Below, in pieces: positions 52,432 to 62,392 of a stretch of DNA of 64,000 nt (positions within the stretch are counted from its first letter, which is position 1; each line of letters begins with the position of its first letter). The notes beneath the pieces are model-generated. The model was not told the origin of the DNA. It made no database searches and saw nothing but the letters and a program-made list of their open reading frames with translations. Source of the stretch: Cyanophyceae cyanobacterium (GTDB lineage: Bacteria; Cyanobacteriota; Cyanobacteriia; Cyanobacteriales; Laspinemataceae); contig JBBQFN010000007.1 in NCBI GenBank assembly GCA_038321985.1, positions 64,001 to 128,000 on the forward strand, in the 5' to 3' direction. The translations under genes and the position numbers were made by a program.

Positions 52432-55400
52432 ATGCTGAATACTATTTTAAAATGGTCGATCGCCCAGCGGTGGTTAGTTGTGATTGGTGCGATAATTGTT
52501 ACAATTTTAGGCATTCATACGATTTCCCAAATGCCCTTAGATGTGTTTCCTAATTTTGCCCCTCCCCAAGTGGAAATTCAAACCGAAGCCCCGGGACTTG
52601 CTCCAGAAGAGGTGGAATCTTTGGTGACATTTCCTATTGAAAGTGCCATTAATGGAACTCCCGGATTAGAAACCGTGCGATCGTCTTCTGGAGTCGGACT
52701 TTCGGTGGTTAAAGTTATTTTTAAATGGGGAACTGATGAGTATCAAGCGCGGCAATTAGTCACCGAACGATTGCAACAAGCAGCCAGCAAATTACCCCAA
52801 GGGGTGGAAACGCCACAAATTTCTCCTATGTCTTCTCCAATTGGAACCATTATTCAATATGCCTTTACGGTGACGGGAGAGGGAGAGACCACTTTAATGG
52901 AGTTAAGAGAATGGGTCGATCGGGATATTACTAATCGATTACTGGCAGTCCGAGGAGTCACCCAAGCGATCGCCTATGGCGGCGATGTTCGGCAATATCA
53001 AGTTTTAGCGGACCCGGTTCAATTACAGGCTTATAATGTCTCTTTAGCTGAAGTTAGAGAGGCAGCCCAAGCCGCGAATACGAATGCTGCTGGGGGTTTT
53101 TTACAAAGTTCAGACCGAGAATTAATCATCCGAGGAATTGGTCGAATAGAATCCCTAGAAGATTTACAAAAATCCGTAGTAACCTCTCGCAATGGTGCGC
53201 CAATTCTGTTAGAAGATGTAGCAGAGGTAAAAATTGGGGCTGCCTTAAAGCGCGGAGATGGAAGCGTGAATGGACAATCTGCCGTGGTAGTGATGGTTAA
53301 TAAACAGCCCCTTGCAGATACCCCCACGGTGACTAAAGCAGTAGAAGCGGCGATCGCAGAAATAAGGCCGAGTTTACCCGCCGATGTTAACGTGATGGTG
53401 ACCTTTCGTCAATCAGATTTTATTGATGCTTCTATTGAAAATGTTAGGGATTCTCTGCGGGATGGAATTATCATTGTTTCGATTATTCTATTTCTATTTT
53501 TAATGAATTGGCGCACGGCGGTGATTACCCTAAGCGCCATTCCCTTATCCTTAATTATTGGATTAATGGTTATGAATCTCTTTGGTCAAGCCATTAACAC
53601 GATGACTTTAGGGGGATTAGCTGTGGCAATTGGATCGGTCGTGGATGATTCAATTGTAGATATGGAAAACTGCTACCGAGGGTTACGAAAAAATCAAGCC
53701 GCAGGCAATCCCATTCCCCCGCTGCAAGTGGTGTATGATACTTCAGTAGAAGTTCGAGTCAGCGTCATATTTTCGACAGTAATTATTGCGGTAGTGTTTG
53801 CCCCAATTTTTACCTTAACCGGAGTAGAAGGGCGAATTTTTGCCCCCATGGGAGTGGCCTATCTTGTTTCAATTTTTGCCTCTACTTTTGTGGCATTAAC
53901 TTTATCTCCGGCGTTATGTGCCTTTTTACTAGCGTCTCAACCGTTACCCGAAGAGGAAACCTGGATTTCACGGGTGGCAGAACAACTTTATCGGCCTTTA
54001 TTGCGGATTTCGATTCAATGGCCGAATCTGATTTTAGGGATAGCTACGGCGGCATTTATTGCTTCTTTGATTATTTTGCCCTCCTTGGGACGGGTGTTTT
54101 TACCCGAGTTTCAGGAACGGTCTTTAGTGAATGCAATGGTACTCTATCCGGGGGTATCTTTAGAAATGACAAATCGGGCAGGGTTGGCGATGCAAAATGC
54201 TCTAAAAGATGACCCGCGCTTTAGTTGGATACAGTTGCGATCGGGACGAGCACCGGGAGATGCCGATGCCGGGGGTGTGACGTTGGGACATTTGGATGTG
54301 GAGTTGAGTGATGAAGGAATTAAAGATCGGGAGGGGGCGATCGCCAAGTTACGGGAAGAATTTGAGAAACTACCCGGGGTTGCCCCCAGCATTGGCGGAT
54401 TTATCTCTCACCGGATGGATGAAGTCCTCTCCGGGGTCAGAAGTGCGATCGCTGTCAAAGTATTTGGTCCCGAACTCCCGGAACTCCGCATTCTTGGGGC
54501 ACAAGTTCGCGATGTAATGAGGGATATTCCGGGGGTGGTAGACTTGCAACTCGAACCCCAAGTCCCCATCCGCCAGGTTCAAATTCACTTTGATCGCCCT
54601 GCTGCTGCCCGATATGGATTAACCGTCGGTCACTTGTCAGACACCCTGGAAACCGCACTTAATGGACGGGTAGTGTCCCAAGTGCTAGAACAACAACAAT
54701 TGTTTGATCTCGTAGTTTGGTTAAAAGAAGACTTCCGCAACAACCTAGAAACAATTCGTAATTTGCTCATAGATACCCCCTCCGGTACTAAAATTCCCCT
54801 CGCCCAAGTTGCCCGGATTGATTATGGCACGGGTCCCAATACAATTAACCGAGAAAATGTTTCTCGATTAATTGTCATTTCCGCTAATGTTTCGGGGAGA
54901 GATTTAGGCAGTATCGTAGAGGAAATTCGAGAAAATGTTCGCCAATCCATGCAACTTCCAGCGGGATACTTTATTCAATATGGCGGCCAATTTGAATCGG
55001 AACAGCGAGCCACTCAAAATTTACTAATTTTTGGCTCATTAGCCCTAGTTGTGATTGCAGTTTTAATGTATTTTGCCGTTAAATCGGTAGCAAGTACCGT
55101 GATGATTATGCTCAATCTCCCCTTAGCAATTACGGGAGGAATTTTTTCGGTGGCATTGGGCGGGGGCGTACTTTCGGTGGCCTCAATGGTGGGATTTATT
55201 ACTTTATTCGGGGTGGCGACCCGCAACGGGCTGTTATTGGTGGATAATTATAATTCTAAACTGGCTGAGGGAATGCCTCTAAAATCTGTAATTTTTCAGG
55301 GTTCAATGGAACGATTGACGGCTATTTTAATGACCGCTTTAACTTCAGCATTGGGGATGTTGCCCCTGGCGATCGGAACGGGGGCAGGAAAGGAGATTTT

Positions 55401-55572
55401 ACAACCCTTAGCCGTGGTTGTATTGGGTGGATTATTTAGTTCTACGGCTTTAACTTTGCTGGTGATTCCCTCGCTTTATTCCCTATTTGGCCGGGGATTA
55501 AAACCTCAACAAGTTTCTAAAACCAGGGAGGAAATGTTTGATGAGGTAACTAAACCCCTCGCGGGTTCTTAA
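52432..55572 (+). CDS. Heavy-metal efflux RND permease (CzcA/CusA/NrsA family)
   Basis: 1046 aa; LDVFPNFAPPQVEIQTEAPG, AIGSVVDDSIVDMEN, ERLTAILMTAL. Confidence 0.95.
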   Translation: MLNTILKWSIAQRWLVVIGAIIVTILGIHTISQMPLDVFPNFAPPQVEIQTEAPGLAPEEVESLVTFPIESAINGTPGLETVRSSSGVGLSVVKVIFKWGTDEYQARQLVTERLQQAASKLPQGVETPQISPMSSPIGTIIQYAFTVTGEGETTLMELREWVDRDITNRLLAVRGVTQAIAYGGDVRQYQVLADPVQLQAYNVSLAEVREAAQAANTNAAGGFLQSSDRELIIRGIGRIESLEDLQKSVVTSRNGAPILLEDVAEVKIGAALKRGDGSVNGQSAVVVMVNKQPLADTPTVTKAVEAAIAEIRPSLPADVNVMVTFRQSDFIDASIENVRDSLRDGIIIVSIILFLFLMNWRTAVITLSAIPLSLIIGLMVMNLFGQAINTMTLGGLAVAIGSVVDDSIVDMENCYRGLRKNQAAGNPIPPLQVVYDTSVEVRVSVIFSTVIIAVVFAPIFTLTGVEGRIFAPMGVAYLVSIFASTFVALTLSPALCAFLLASQPLPEEETWISRVAEQLYRPLLRISIQWPNLILGIATAAFIASLIILPSLGRVFLPEFQERSLVNAMVLYPGVSLEMTNRAGLAMQNALKDDPRFSWIQLRSGRAPGDADAGGVTLGHLDVELSDEGIKDREGAIAKLREEFEKLPGVAPSIGGFISHRMDEVLSGVRSAIAVKVFGPELPELRILGAQVRDVMRDIPGVVDLQLEPQVPIRQVQIHFDRPAAARYGLTVGHLSDTLETALNGRVVSQVLEQQQLFDLVVWLKEDFRNNLETIRNLLIDTPSGTKIPLAQVARIDYGTGPNTINRENVSRLIVISANVSGRDLGSIVEEIRENVRQSMQLPAGYFIQYGGQFESEQRATQNLLIFGSLALVVIAVLMYFAVKSVASTVMIMLNLPLAITGGIFSVALGGGVLSVASMVGFITLFGVATRNGLLLVDNYNSKLAEGMPLKSVIFQGSMERLTAILMTALTSALGMLPLAIGTGAGKEILQPLAVVVLGGLFSSTALTLLVIPSLYSLFGRGLKPQQVSKTREEMFDEVTKPLAGS

Positions 55573-55634
55573 AACGTGAGATTTAAATCGGGATGTAGTC
55601 AATCACTGAATATAATCTAAAAGGAGAAACCAAA

Positions 55635-56117
55635 ATGTGGCGATCGCTCAAATTAGGCTCTATTGCTTTGTGTAATCTCGGATTAATCGGGTTAACCGCC
55701 TGTGGCACAGGGGAAGCCAACCGGAATGTGCTAGAAAATACGATGGAAACCCCCACGGAAACGGCAGTAGCGCCCACTGCAACCCCCCCAGCAGGAAAAC
55801 CTACCCAAGGGGGACAGGTGATTGAAGTGGGTCCGTATCATTTAGAATTGCTGGCATTACCCGAGCCCGGAGGTGTACACCTGGATTTTTATCTGCAAAG
55901 TGGGGATACTCACGAAGCGATTTCCGGTGCTAATGTTACCGCGCAAGTGGAAACGCCGACAGGGGAACAAAAAACCGTAGAACTTCCGTATGATGCAGCG
56001 GGGGAACACTACGCGGCTTTTCTACCTGTAGAAGTCTCCGGTGAGTATAAGGTTGCAATTCTCACGGATATTCAGGGGGAAAAAGTCAATGGTCGGTTTA
56101 CGTTTAATCAGCAGTAA
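55635..56117 (+). CDS. Putative lipoprotein associated with the metal efflux operon
   Basis: Lipobox LTAC; YHLEL, HLDFYLQ, GEHY; AAGGAG RBS. Confidence 0.8.
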   Translation: MWRSLKLGSIALCNLGLIGLTACGTGEANRNVLENTMETPTETAVAPTATPPAGKPTQGGQVIEVGPYHLELLALPEPGGVHLDFYLQSGDTHEAISGANVTAQVETPTGEQKTVELPYDAAGEHYAAFLPVEVSGEYKVAILTDIQGEKVNGRFTFNQQ

Positions 56118-56254
56118 TCCCGGACCCCGTGGGTAAAAGACCCCTTTAAATTCGCCCTTATCCCAAACATGATTTCAAAGGCGGTTTTCTCTTGATGCTG
56201 TGGTGGAGGAGCTTCTGCCCTTATATCGGCACTATGCAGGGGTGTCAGTTTTAT

Positions 56255-56290
56255 AAAAAAAAGCTCAGATACTTAGTATCTGAGCTTTTT
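56255..56290. terminator. Bidirectional intrinsic terminator
   Basis: AAAAAAAAGCTCAGATACT-T-AGTATCTGAGCTTTTT. Confidence 0.85.
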
Positions 56291-56332
56291 CTTATTCACT
56301 ATTCAGGCGAGGATGATACGCCTTAGATTAGT

Positions 56333-56647
56333 TTAGAAGCGACGAGAAAAGTTGTTACGACGACCACCGCCGCCGCCACCGCCGCCCCCAAAGGAGCCTC
56401 GGTCTTCACGGGGTTTAGCCTTGTTAACTTTCATATCGCGACCCATCCATTCCGCACCATCCAGGGCTTCAATGGCTGCGGTTTCTTCAGTTTCTGTGGA
56501 CATTTCCACAAACGCAAATCCGCGCACGCGTCCGGTTTCCCGGTCGGTTGGCAAATTCACGCGCTTAACAGAGCCGTATTCTGCGAATACGGCGCTCAGA
56601 TCTTCTTGGGTTACTTCGTAAGAAAGATTACCAACGTAAATAGACAT
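56333..56647 (-). CDS. rbp: RRM RNA-binding protein with Gly-rich tail (RbpA/B class)
   Basis: RNP2 IYVGNL, RNP1 RGFAFVEM, poly-Gly C-terminus. Confidence 0.96.
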   Translation of the reverse strand: MSIYVGNLSYEVTQEDLSAVFAEYGSVKRVNLPTDRETGRVRGFAFVEMSTETEETAAIEALDGAEWMGRDMKVNKAKPREDRGSFGGGGGGGGGRRNNFSRRF

Positions 56648-56654
56648 TTATGGA

Positions 56655-56787
56655 CGATCTCCAAAATTCAACGGATGTAGAGGTCAAGTTTTCGGAGAGA
56701 AGCCTGTCCAGACGAAAGGGAGAAATACCTATCAATACTCGAAACAAACACTGCAACCGAATTTCAATCTCATCCATAAGAATAGCA
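56655..56787 (-). promoter_or_regulatory. Conserved 5' UTR boxes of cold-inducible rbp genes plus extended -10
   Basis: Minus strand TGcTATTCT; TTTGTTTCGAGT (box II); TCTCCGAA (box I), which is complementary to RBS TTTGGAGA. Confidence 0.7.
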
Positions 56788-57188
56788 CAGTTTTTTCAGT
56801 TTGGGGAAAGCCATTGATAATTTTTCGTGAAACTCCCTGAAGCCTTTTACCAGCAAGGATTTGAGCAACTTCAATTTAGAGGCGATCGCCTCTAAATCGG
56901 TTGCAAATTTCGCCCCATCAACTCCTGAACCGTAAAAATCCCGCAACGGTTGCGAGGTCATTTTGGGAACCGCTTCCCCCTGAACCCTGAGTAGCTGACG
57001 CTGGAAAAGATAGGGAGATAGCACCTAGACACCTCTATATATCTCCTGTCCTGTGAACTCTCAACTCACCTTCGTCTCCAATCTTTTAGCATTTCTGGTA
57101 AACTCTGTGTCAAAGTCCGGTTAGGATAATTGCTGAGGCGAAAGACTGACCATGACCTAGAAATACTTCTGTATATGGAGGAAAAAAA

Positions 57189-57653
57189 ATGTGTGTATCC
57201 TGTCTGTTGCTCTCCACTCTGATGATCTTTACACCAGCACAAGCAGTTGACCAAAACCCAGATAGTATCTCCATCCCTACTTACAATCAGGAATCATCCT
57301 CTGTAGTCGCTCAAGAAAATCAAGCGGCGATCGCCACGTTACTCAACAAACTTCCCGACTCACCGGAGTTAGAACCCTTACGGGCTGAACTCAACAGCCT
57401 CTACTCCGAGTTAGCATTAGCTCAGGATGATGCTGAAGCCGATCTCGCCCTTGATCGCGCCGTGGAAGCAGTTCGCGATCGCTTTATTGATAATCCCAAT
57501 GTCGGACAAATCCGGGCAATTCTCATGGACTTACGGGAGGCAGAGTACGAAAAACTCTCCGGGGATCTGTCTTCCCTTCTATTTCCTCAAAAAACCGCTT
57601 CGTCCCTAAATCTACTCCATTCCCAGGGCAGTCAATGGGGTTGGCTGTCCTAA
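57189..57653 (+). CDS. Secreted helical hypothetical protein
   Basis: GGAGG RBS 7 nt upstream; signal peptide ending AQA; acidic amphipathic helices. Confidence 0.7.
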   Translation: MCVSCLLLSTLMIFTPAQAVDQNPDSISIPTYNQESSSVVAQENQAAIATLLNKLPDSPELEPLRAELNSLYSELALAQDDAEADLALDRAVEAVRDRFIDNPNVGQIRAILMDLREAEYEKLSGDLSSLLFPQKTASSLNLLHSQGSQWGWLS

Positions 57654-57764
57654 GCAATCCCCCTCTTTCGGGTGTTCTATATAGTCTATCGGTAGGGAGA
57701 TCACAGACACTGGTATCAAGGGTGATCACACTTGATTACTATAGCTTGTAGCCTAAGTCTAGAT

Positions 57765-57796
57765 CTCCCTAAATCCCCTTTAAAAAGGGGGACTTT
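57765..57796. repeat. Short dispersed palindromic repeat common in filamentous cyanobacteria
   Basis: CTCCCTAAATCCCCTTTAAAAAGGGGGACTTT. Confidence 0.55.
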
Positions 57797-58281
57797 GAAG
57801 ATCCGGCTTTCCATGGCACAAAACCTTAATTCCTTTAACTCCCCCCGTCTTGTCAGGGAGCGCCACGGAAAGTATAGAAAGACTCCGGCTCAGAAACTCA
57901 GCAGCGCATTACATTTAAAGATTGACACCGATGGAGCAGAGGCTCCTACTAAAGAAGCACCGCGGTGCTTCTTTTTTTTACGGCAATCAAATTTCTGCCT
58001 AAAACTCTTGACATTTTACATTTTTTATGATTTATTTTGACTCCCTAACCAGGACCTGTCCGATTTAACTTTTCATTTGCCGGACAGGGGGAGTGCAACT
58101 TTTCTGCAAAAGACGGGTCAGAACACCCATATAATCAGGAAAAATCAATGGGGCTGAGCAGGACTTCAGATTTCGTGACCCCTGGAGTCCTCCAAAAAAT
58201 TTTCCAATTAAAATTTTACCAACCCCATAAAAATATGGTATTCTGGCTAACATCATCTTACAAACGTCTCCCAAAAGAAAG

Positions 58282-59169
58282 ATGTCAAAGTTCATAACTT
58301 GTGCTAAGGGCCTAGAGGTTGAGTTTTTCTTTCGTAAAGGATTGAGCCTGAGTGAAGAGGGAAACTATACAGGAGCGATCGCCAGTTACGACAAAGCCTT
58401 AGAACTAGAAGCCGATGCCGATGAAATCTGGTACTGTAGAGGCAACGCCCTCTACAACTTGGGGCGGACCAAGCCAGCCATCTATAGCTACGACATGGCG
58501 CTAGAGCTAAATCCGGGCTGTTACCAAGCCCTGATCAATCGTGGCAATGCCCTCGATGATAGTGGGCGTCACCAAGAAGCCGTGGAGAGCTACGATCGCG
58601 TCTTACGCCTTAAACCAGACCATCACCGCACGTGGAACAATCGCGGCATAGCACTAGGGAACTTAGGCAAATATGAGGAAGCGATCGCCAGCTATGATCG
58701 GGCGATCGAATTCAAACCTGACTATTCCAGAGCCTGGTATCATCGAGGACTGGCCCTCAAAACCATGGGACTGACCGAAAAAACCCTGGCTTGTTACGAC
58801 AAAGCCCTCGCCTCACAACCGGATTTCTACGAAGTGTGGAACAATCGTGGGAACACTTTATACTTGTTGAAGCGATATTTAGAAGCGATTTCTAGCTACG
58901 ATAAAGCAGTACAAGCATTCCCCAAATATCATTGGGCTTGGTACAATCGGGGCGTTGTTCTCCAAGAACTCAATCGCAACGAAGAAGCAATTATTAGTCT
59001 GGACAAAGCCGTAGAAATCAATCCCAAAAATGCCGAAGCCTGGTATTATCGGGCCTTGGCCCTGGATGCCTTAGACTGTACCCGTAGTGCTGCTGCCAGT
59101 TATGACAAAGCCTACGAACTCAAACCCAACTTGAATATCCAAACCTCTACCAGCGAAAATATCTCCTAG
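58282..59169 (+). CDS. Tetratricopeptide repeat protein
   Basis: About eight 34-aa TPRs (WNNRGIALGNLGKYEEAIASYDRAIEFKPD). Confidence 0.92.
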   Translation: MSKFITCAKGLEVEFFFRKGLSLSEEGNYTGAIASYDKALELEADADEIWYCRGNALYNLGRTKPAIYSYDMALELNPGCYQALINRGNALDDSGRHQEAVESYDRVLRLKPDHHRTWNNRGIALGNLGKYEEAIASYDRAIEFKPDYSRAWYHRGLALKTMGLTEKTLACYDKALASQPDFYEVWNNRGNTLYLLKRYLEAISSYDKAVQAFPKYHWAWYNRGVVLQELNRNEEAIISLDKAVEINPKNAEAWYYRALALDALDCTRSAAASYDKAYELKPNLNIQTSTSENIS

Positions 59170-59308
59170 ATTCCAAACGACTCAGCCGACAAAGCTAAAT
59201 CGCCCCTTAATGGCCCCCTAATCCTAAAAAATACCCCAAAAATTAATTCTCTCGGTTCCTAGAAAATCTGAGAAATCTGCATAATCAGTGGCTACCTGAA
59301 CCCCTAAC

Positions 59309-60373
59309 ATGGCAAAAACCGGCTACACCCTACCCGTTTTCGCCGTTGCTGCGGCGAAAGCGGCCCTGATGCTGCTATCTCCCGGTGCAGAGGCCCCAAA
59401 AACTGTAACCCTCGACCTAATTCCAGAAACCGTCGAGATTCCCATCGCCCAAATCGCCCAACTCGATGCCAACTCTGCCCTTGCCATCACCCTGAGTGAT
59501 CCCGGGGAGAATCTCGACTTGACCCGAAATACGCCCATTTGGGCTTGGGTCAAATGCACCCCCCGCCAAACCCAATCTTTAATCCTAGAAGCCGGGGAAG
59601 GATTGGGCAAAACCAAAAACGGGGAACCCGCCATTTATCACTATGCGCGGCAACTGTTTGAGCGAAATTTATTACCCTTAATTCCTGAGGATAAAACCGT
59701 CATTGTCTCCGTAATTTTACCGGAAGGACGACAGCTTGCTAACCGAACTTCTAACGCTGCCTTTGGCATTTTAGAAGGATTAGCCTTATTAGGGACCAGT
59801 GGAATTTCTCAACCCCTCTCGTCTGCGGATCATCTTGACGAATTTCGCCAAGATTTACAGGCAAAGGTTAAAAATTCCCCTCATTTAACCTTGTGCATCG
59901 GCAGTAACGGACGTACCGTCGCCCAGGGGTTAGGAATTCCAGAATCAGCCATAGTCCAAGCTGGAAACTGGATCGGTGCGCTGTTAGTAGAAGCTGGATT
60001 GCGTGGGGCTCAATCGGTCCTATTAATTGGATATCACGGGAAACTGATTAAGCTAGCGGGGGGAATTTTTAATACCTCCAGTCACATTGCTGATGCCAAA
60101 CTAGAAATTCTCAGTGCGGCAGTGGTTCGGGCGGGGGGAGATAGGGCGACCCTAGAAGCGGTATTAAATGCTAAAACTGCCGATGCCGCCTATTTTGAAA
60201 TTAAAGAACGAGGACTAGCTGAGTTAGTCTTTAATAACTTAGCCGAAAAAATTAGTCACAATGCGAAGAATTATGTTAAAAAATATGCCGATACTTCTTT
60301 AGAAATTGGCACGATTTTATTTGACCGCAAAGGGGAGATTATTACTCAAAATAAAGCCGTTCCTGGGGGATAA
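59309..60373 (+). CDS. cbiD: Cobalt-precorrin-5B C1-methyltransferase
   Basis: KTGYTLPVFAVAAAKAA, TSNAAFGILEGLALLGTSG, GYHGKLIKLAGGIFNT. Confidence 0.93.
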   Translation: MAKTGYTLPVFAVAAAKAALMLLSPGAEAPKTVTLDLIPETVEIPIAQIAQLDANSALAITLSDPGENLDLTRNTPIWAWVKCTPRQTQSLILEAGEGLGKTKNGEPAIYHYARQLFERNLLPLIPEDKTVIVSVILPEGRQLANRTSNAAFGILEGLALLGTSGISQPLSSADHLDEFRQDLQAKVKNSPHLTLCIGSNGRTVAQGLGIPESAIVQAGNWIGALLVEAGLRGAQSVLLIGYHGKLIKLAGGIFNTSSHIADAKLEILSAAVVRAGGDRATLEAVLNAKTADAAYFEIKERGLAELVFNNLAEKISHNAKNYVKKYADTSLEIGTILFDRKGEIITQNKAVPGG

Positions 60374-60404
60374 CCCCTGAAGGGGTCAGCTAGGTGGTAA
60401 CAAC

Positions 60405-60860
60405 CTACCACCGATCGCGATCGCCCATGATATTCTCTCGGCTTTGGGGCTGAAACGGGGATATCGGTTCCCTCCCAGAATGCCGCAACAAAACAAAGGG
60501 AATGGTCAGAATCCCGACAATCATCACCGTTGCGGCGGTTAACCATACCATCCAGCGACTCGCACGATAGGCACTGAATTCGATTTGTTGAAAAACCCGA
60601 TTGTAGCGCCAGACAGATAAGGGAATAAAAATAATTCCCATAATTACCAATGCTACGCCTAGGGTTTGGGAATTAATCTCGATCGCCCTTACGGAGTCTG
60701 GTTCGCCCGTGACACTGGCTTGTAACTCCCGCAAAAATAAACCAAAGCGAGCGATCGCAAATCCAAAACCAATCATGCCAATGGATGTTCGTAACCAAGC
60801 CAAAAACGTTCGTTCGTTAGCTTGATGTTCTCGCTGGCGGTCTATTTTTTCCGGAGTCAT
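60405..60860 (-). CDS. YidH/DUF202 membrane protein
   Basis: REHQANERTFLAWLRTS; three TM segments. Confidence 0.9.
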   Translation of the reverse strand: MTPEKIDRQREHQANERTFLAWLRTSIGMIGFGFAIARFGLFLRELQASVTGEPDSVRAIEINSQTLGVALVIMGIIFIPLSVWRYNRVFQQIEFSAYRASRWMVWLTAATVMIVGILTIPFVLLRHSGREPISPFQPQSRENIMGDRDRW

Positions 60861-60987
60861 TGCGTTTCTTTTTAACTCGCTTGAAACTTGCCGATATAGC
60901 ACTCCCTTAAACAGTGCGATCGCCTCCAAATCGAAGAAGCGATCGCACCATTTCTATTGCTTCTTGGGAACTTCCCACCCAGCCTTT

Positions 60988-61479
60988 TTACCGATAGTTG
61001 GTAAATTGCAAAGCCACCGGCCAATCTTCTTGCTTAATCACTTGCATAGCCTCTTGTAGGTCATCTTTCGACTTACTCGAAACCCGAACTGTATCGCCTT
61101 GAATCGAGCCTTGGACCTTTTTTAATTCATCCCGGAGTAACTTAGTAATTTGTTTTCCCACTTCTTGGGCGATGCCTTTTTTGAGCTTAATTACCTGACG
61201 GATTCGGTTACCGCTGGCGGATTCCTCCTTGCCATACTCAAAAATTTTCAACGATAAATTCCGCTTAACCGCTTTCTGCTGCAGAACCGATTGAACCGCC
61301 TCTAACGTCATATTACTATTAGTATTGATGACAATTTCATCATCCCCAAGTTCAACGGTGGTATTGGTATCTTTCAAGTCGTAACGACTGGTAATTTCGC
61401 GATTGGTTTGGTCTATTGTATTAACGAGTTCCTGGCGGTCAAAATCGCTGACAATATCAAAAGAATACGTTGAAGCCAT
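60988..61479 (-). CDS. yajQ: YajQ family nucleotide/c-di-GMP-binding protein
   Basis: [40 protein letters not shown]. Confidence 0.95.
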   Translation of the reverse strand: MASTYSFDIVSDFDRQELVNTIDQTNREITSRYDLKDTNTTVELGDDEIVINTNSNMTLEAVQSVLQQKAVKRNLSLKIFEYGKEESASGNRIRQVIKLKKGIAQEVGKQITKLLRDELKKVQGSIQGDTVRVSSKSKDDLQEAMQVIKQEDWPVALQFTNYR

Positions 61480-61534
61480 GAATAAGACGTGATTAATTAT
61501 CTGTACAACTAGAAATTACTAGAACATAAAACCA

Positions 61535-61704
61535 CTCGAAGAGGGGGACAAACTGCCAGTGCCAAACATCAGCGATCGCATCCCTAAGTTCGTATAGTAA
61601 CTTCGTTAAAGAACTATGACGAACCGATGAGCCTGGAGGCCATTGCCTGGGAGTTTTTAAACAATAACTGACAGAGGCAACGGCAGTTTCATCTCTTCTT
61701 CGAT
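61535..61704 (-). ncRNA. ssaA: Probable 6S RNA (cyanobacterial 6Sa)
   Basis: About 170-nt rod: CGAAGA...AAACTGCCGTTGCC pairs with GGCACTGGCAGTTT...TCTTCG; asymmetric central bubble; apical stem GTTCGTCATAGT/ACTATACGAAC; TAAAAT -10 at 61715-61710. Resembles cyanobacterial 6S RNA as I recall it. Confidence 0.72.
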
Positions 61705-61804
61705 GGATAATTTTAGAGGAAAGAGTGAGCAGACACAGGCGTATCCAAACGCAAATAGAGTGGAAATTGGATAGAGGGTCAAGCCTAACTGAAAGAGGAT
61801 GCCC

Positions 61805-62311
61805 TTAATCAAAATAAAACAACGTCACAAGTCGGCGTTGTTCTTCCGCATCCTGGCAAGTTTGCAGCAAAGTATGGCTATCATGGAACGCAAAGCAGAT
61901 CAACTGCTGACAGCGAGACACAATTTCCAAATTGCACAAAGCGCTAGCTTCCCCTAAAGACAGATGGTCATTAGCGGGATTTTCCACCAAGTGGACCACC
62001 TTTTCGAGTTGCTTACGCGACTCCGGGGGTTGACGATCCAGGCTTTGGGGCAAGATCACCGTCAGCATATTTGGATCGGCCTTCATCGCTCCTTTAATAG
62101 CAGCAGAATTAGTGCCGGTGGCACCGGATGTCAGAATCCGATTCCCTTCTAATACCAAGGCATAGGTCATCCGCTCAATTAGAGCCTGATGGGTAATCGG
62201 AACATGACGGGAACCCAAGAGGGAAATCCGCTTAGAACCCGTTTGCTGGATCGAGGCCAGTTCTTGCGCCAGAGTGTCGATCCCGGGTGATGTGTCTATT
62301 GATTGACTCAA
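61805..62311 (-). CDS. DprA/Smf-like SLOG-fold protein (DNA recombination-mediator protein A family)
   Basis: RISLLGSRH, LTSGATGTNSAAIKGA, VILPQSL; TTG start. Confidence 0.8.
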   Translation of the reverse strand: MSQSIDTSPGIDTLAQELASIQQTGSKRISLLGSRHVPITHQALIERMTYALVLEGNRILTSGATGTNSAAIKGAMKADPNMLTVILPQSLDRQPPESRKQLEKVVHLVENPANDHLSLGEASALCNLEIVSRCQQLICFAFHDSHTLLQTCQDAEEQRRLVTLFYFD

Positions 62312-62392
62312 AGACGGTATTGAAATAACTAGAACAACGGAGTTATTTTAGCAAACATAAGACCATCTACGATAAATAGATTGAGAATAGCC

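Noticed and set aside
46700..56200. Metal cluster as a mobile genomic island
   Set aside because: Spacers are AT-rich, but I saw no integrase, transposase, tRNA or flanking direct repeats, and HIP1 density looks native.
57732..58295. ORFs 57732-58040 and 58065-58295
   Set aside because: The first translates through a dispersed palindromic repeat (PKSPLKRGT); the second overlaps the TPR gene start on the opposite strand.
59170..59308. Possible cobalamin riboswitch upstream of cbiD
   Set aside because: The spacer is only about 140 bp and I found no B12-box or conserved core.
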